In this document: positions 13,953-16,607 of the stretch, piece by piece | Position numbering within the stretch: the first letter of the stretch is position 1 | How the letters are laid out: each line of letters opens with the position of its first letter | Virus record (IMG/VR): IMGVR_UViG_3300028888_005256 | Direction: 5' to 3' (one strand) | Origin: a virus | Lineage: Duplodnaviria; Heunggongvirae; Uroviricota; Caudoviricetes | Length of the DNA stretch: 16,607 nucleotides | Position numbers and translations under genes: made by a program | Notes under the pieces: model-generated | What the model was told of the DNA's origin: nothing | Seen by the model: only the letters and a program-made list of their open reading frames with translations | Databases searched by the model: none

Positions 13953-14860
13953 TGGGAAGTTATTTGAATTTTTCAATTGAAAGAAAGCTCAGTTCAGGTG
14001 AGTGGACGCATTTCTATGATTTGCCTTATGATGATGACTTGTCAATTGTAAATGACAGAGTCCTTAGAGATTTGTTCTATGATACAGAATTCTATGATGG
14101 CATACCATGCATAAATGAGCTTTGCGATAAGACAAAAGCAAACATGTGCTCTAAAATTGAACGACATGGGATTTTTTGTCATGTAGATGAAGAGTCTGAC
14201 TTATTTCCATATAAGTTCAAGTGTTTTGAAAACTACTATTGGGCATATACGTCTAATGCAAAAGAGAAAATTCTTAAAAAGCTTGATGAGCTTGATAAAG
14301 ATTTAGACACAAAGTTCAATGATGTTGGACTCTTGATTAAAGACGCATATCTTAAAGAGCTCTTCGATAAAAATTGTGATATTGTCACTTTTGACGACAG
14401 AAGTTATCTTCATCTCTTTATGAGTCCTCATAGTGCGAAGAATGCACTTTTACATAATCCAGACTACAGGGAAGACTATTTCTGGGGCGTAGCATCTCTT
14501 AAGTATCTAGATAGCAAAAAGAAAGAAGTAAAGCAATATAAGCTCACAAACAATACAAGAGTGAGCTCATATAATTCACTTCTCGCAATGAAGTCAGATT
14601 TAGAGAAGTCTATAAAAAGAGCTGAGCTCTCTATGTCTGATGAAGCTCGTCTTTCTCAGATTTTGAAAGATGCTTGTGAAGAAGTTGATGAAGGTGATTG
14701 GAACACTTCTCTTGGAAAAGTAGTAAAGAGCTTGATAAAGAACGATAATTTCTCATATTCTGAAGAGTACATCAATGAATTGAAATTGCAGCTTCAAGAA
14801 CTTGAGAAGTTAATTTTCATTACAGGAATAAATGGCAGAGTAATTTGGAACATCTCTTAA
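13952..14860 (+). CDS. Hypothetical protein (~302 aa)
   Basis: The track start is 13925. ATG 13952 is preferred because of the TAATG coupling and SD GGGAG at 13940-13944. Confidence 0.75.
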   Translation: MGSYLNFSIERKLSSGEWTHFYDLPYDDDLSIVNDRVLRDLFYDTEFYDGIPCINELCDKTKANMCSKIERHGIFCHVDEESDLFPYKFKCFENYYWAYTSNAKEKILKKLDELDKDLDTKFNDVGLLIKDAYLKELFDKNCDIVTFDDRSYLHLFMSPHSAKNALLHNPDYREDYFWGVASLKYLDSKKKEVKQYKLTNNTRVSSYNSLLAMKSDLEKSIKRAELSMSDEARLSQILKDACEEVDEGDWNTSLGKVVKSLIKNDNFSYSEEYINELKLQLQELEKLIFITGINGRVIWNIS

Positions 14861-14884
14861 AAAAAAAGAAGGAGAATAGAAGAA

Positions 14885-15694
14885 ATGGCTTATGAGTTTG
14901 ATGTAGGCGCAGTTCATGATAAAATTATTGAGTGGACTCGTGAGTGGTTCAAAGACAAAAAAGGCCCTGCAGTTCTTGGAATTTCTGGCGGAAAAGACTC
15001 AACTGTCACTGCAGCTCTTTTAGCTGAAGCACTCGGTCCTGAAAGAGTAATTGGCGTTCAAATGCCGAATGGTGAACAGCCAGATATTACAGACAGTGAC
15101 AAAGTTTTTGAAGTGCTTGGTATTCGCAAAATGACTGTAAATATCAAAGATGCATATATTGCATTAAAAGGTGCAATTGCAGTCAATTATACGGACGATG
15201 TTTCAGAAGGAAAACGCTCAAATAAATGGCCCCCACTTTTCACAACTAACACACCAGCTCGTCTTCGTATGACAACACTTTACGGAATTGCTGCAATGGA
15301 AAATGGATTTGTTGTCAATACGTGTAATCTCAGCGAAGATGTAGTGGGATATAGCACAAAATACGGTGACTGTGCAGGTGATTTTTCCCTCTTAAACAAA
15401 TTGACAAAAACTGAAGTTGTTGAGCTTGGCGATTATATGAAATTGCCGCAAGAGCTTGTTCACAAAACGCCTTCAGACGGAATGTGCGGTAAGTCTGATG
15501 AAGACAATATGGGCTTCGCTTATGAAACACTTGACAAGTGGATTCGTGACGGCCTTAGGCCCATTGCAGCTGAGACATTTGAGAAGATTCGTAAGCTTGC
15601 AATGAATCCAAATACAAAACTAAAGATGGTTCCGATGGCAACGCCTGACATAGACTTGCCAAATTTGCTGGGGTTTGAAGTTTATGAGATTTAA
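14885..15694 (+). CDS. nadE: NH3-dependent NAD+ synthetase
   Basis: PP-loop LGISGGKDST, NTPARLRM, GYSTKYGD, KTPSDG. 269 aa with no glutaminase domain. SD AAGGAG. Confidence 0.95.
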   Translation: MAYEFDVGAVHDKIIEWTREWFKDKKGPAVLGISGGKDSTVTAALLAEALGPERVIGVQMPNGEQPDITDSDKVFEVLGIRKMTVNIKDAYIALKGAIAVNYTDDVSEGKRSNKWPPLFTTNTPARLRMTTLYGIAAMENGFVVNTCNLSEDVVGYSTKYGDCAGDFSLLNKLTKTEVVELGDYMKLPQELVHKTPSDGMCGKSDEDNMGFAYETLDKWIRDGLRPIAAETFEKIRKLAMNPNTKLKMVPMATPDIDLPNLLGFEVYEI

Positions 15695-15887
15695 TAATCC
15701 CTATCATGAGCTTATAGATGTAGCAGGTATTCAAGTTCCAAAAGCAGCCATTGAGTTCATGATACAAAATCCAGCAAAAATGATGAAAGAGTGGTTTGGT
15801 GAGTGTGAGCATGCAGATGAGTTAAAAGACTTATTATCAGAAAAAAGTCCTCAGTCAAATGAGGATAAAAATATAGGAGAAAATACT

Positions 15888-16607
15888 ATGAGTATGGAAA
15901 GCGCAATGACTGGTATGTTTGGAGACATGTTCAGTCGTCTTGGGAAGGATTGCTGTCGCCTTGGCATCAATGGACAGCTTGCTGTAAAGACAAGCAATGG
16001 CTACAAGACTTACGATGTAAAGACGGGCCGCCTCACAAATGTCAATCAGTTCTGTTTTGACATCGGTCAGGAGTTTTTTTTCGTAATTCCTACAACTAAG
16101 GCAAAGAAAGGTGATGTTCTTCTTGTTGATGGAAAGCCTCGCTGCGTTATTGAGAACAATGCTGACAAAGAGCTCAAAGTCATGAACTATGAAAACAGCA
16201 CAATCGACACAATTGTTCCTGAGCGTCATTTCTTCATGGGTCAGATGTACTTCTACCGCAAGATCGTTTCAATGTTTGGCAGTAGCAACTTCCTCAAGAA
16301 AGGTAAGGGCATCAGCGGAATGCTTGGTATGATGTTCAAAATGAACATGCTCAAGTCTTTTATGGGCGGTGGAAGCAGCAACAACACTGGCGATACAAAC
16401 AACATGCTCGGACTGATGATGATGAGCAACATGCTTGGCGGAAAAGACGGTGACAATGACCTTTCAGAAATGTTCGACTTCGATTTTGTTGAAGCAGACT
16501 TTGACCCGACTGTAATGACAGAAAATGTTGATGAAACTCCTGAAGAAAAGAAAGCCCGCCTTAAGGCAGAACTTGCTGCTCTTGAAGCTGACGAAGGCAA
16601 GAAGTAG
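15888..16607 (+). CDS. Conserved-looking phage hypothetical protein with Met/Gly-rich C-terminal half
   Basis: Strong SD TAGGAG before ATG 15888 (MSMESAMTGMFG...). The frame is open upstream to ATG 15684/TTG 15675. Confidence 0.75.
   Translation: MSMESAMTGMFGDMFSRLGKDCCRLGINGQLAVKTSNGYKTYDVKTGRLTNVNQFCFDIGQEFFFVIPTTKAKKGDVLLVDGKPRCVIENNADKELKVMNYENSTIDTIVPERHFFMGQMYFYRKIVSMFGSSNFLKKGKGISGMLGMMFKMNMLKSFMGGGSSNNTGDTNNMLGLMMMSNMLGGKDGDNDLSEMFDFDFVEADFDPTVMTENVDETPEEKKARLKAELAALEADEGKK

Noticed and set aside
400-16600. Other antisense or alternate-frame ORFs in the track (e.g. 400..627, 1245..1559, 3400..3672, 4483..4734, 5358..5615, 9326..9748, 11286..11738, 13527..13799, 15855..16229, 16253..16600)
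   Set aside because: They overlap well-supported genes or regulatory sites and have shadow-like composition with no recognisable motifs.
1-16607. Stop-codon reassignment (TAG/TGA recoding)
   Set aside because: All conserved genes are intact under the standard code, and TAG and TGA sit at plausible gene ends.
1-16607. tRNA or rRNA genes
   Set aside because: No intergenic stretch shows a cloverleaf or TTCRAAT/CCA pattern by eye; tRNAscan-SE was not run.

Overview
This window is a 16.6-kb AT-rich segment of a large tailed dsDNA phage with T4-superfamily-like replication genes, read in the standard genetic code. A minus-strand arm (1643-8195) encodes a gp32-like SSB, an esterase fusion, a DnaC/IstB-like loader, a DnaB-like helicase, a DUF3310-like protein and small ORFs. 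A plus-strand arm (8650-16607) encodes a triple-repeat protein, an AstE/AspA-family deacylase, type II topoisomerase A then B, small ORFs, NadE and a conserved hypothetical protein. The arms diverge from a ~450-bp non-coding region at the centre. That region is the most unusual element: three ~110-120-bp units, each starting with an identical 21-bp repeat (GAATTCGTCAACTATTAATGG), then a G-tract (G7; G7-AA-G7; G4), then an AT/T-rich tract. It is a candidate transcription/R-loop-primed origin or small-RNA array, and it lies directly upstream of an apparently leaderless gene encoding three internal peptide repeats. Other observations are a 13-bp hairpin that would hide an RBS unless transcription starts inside it, terminator-promoter modules, extended -10 motifs positioned for leaderless mRNAs, and two small ORFs missing from the track. 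All functional calls come from motif recognition by eye; no database search was run.
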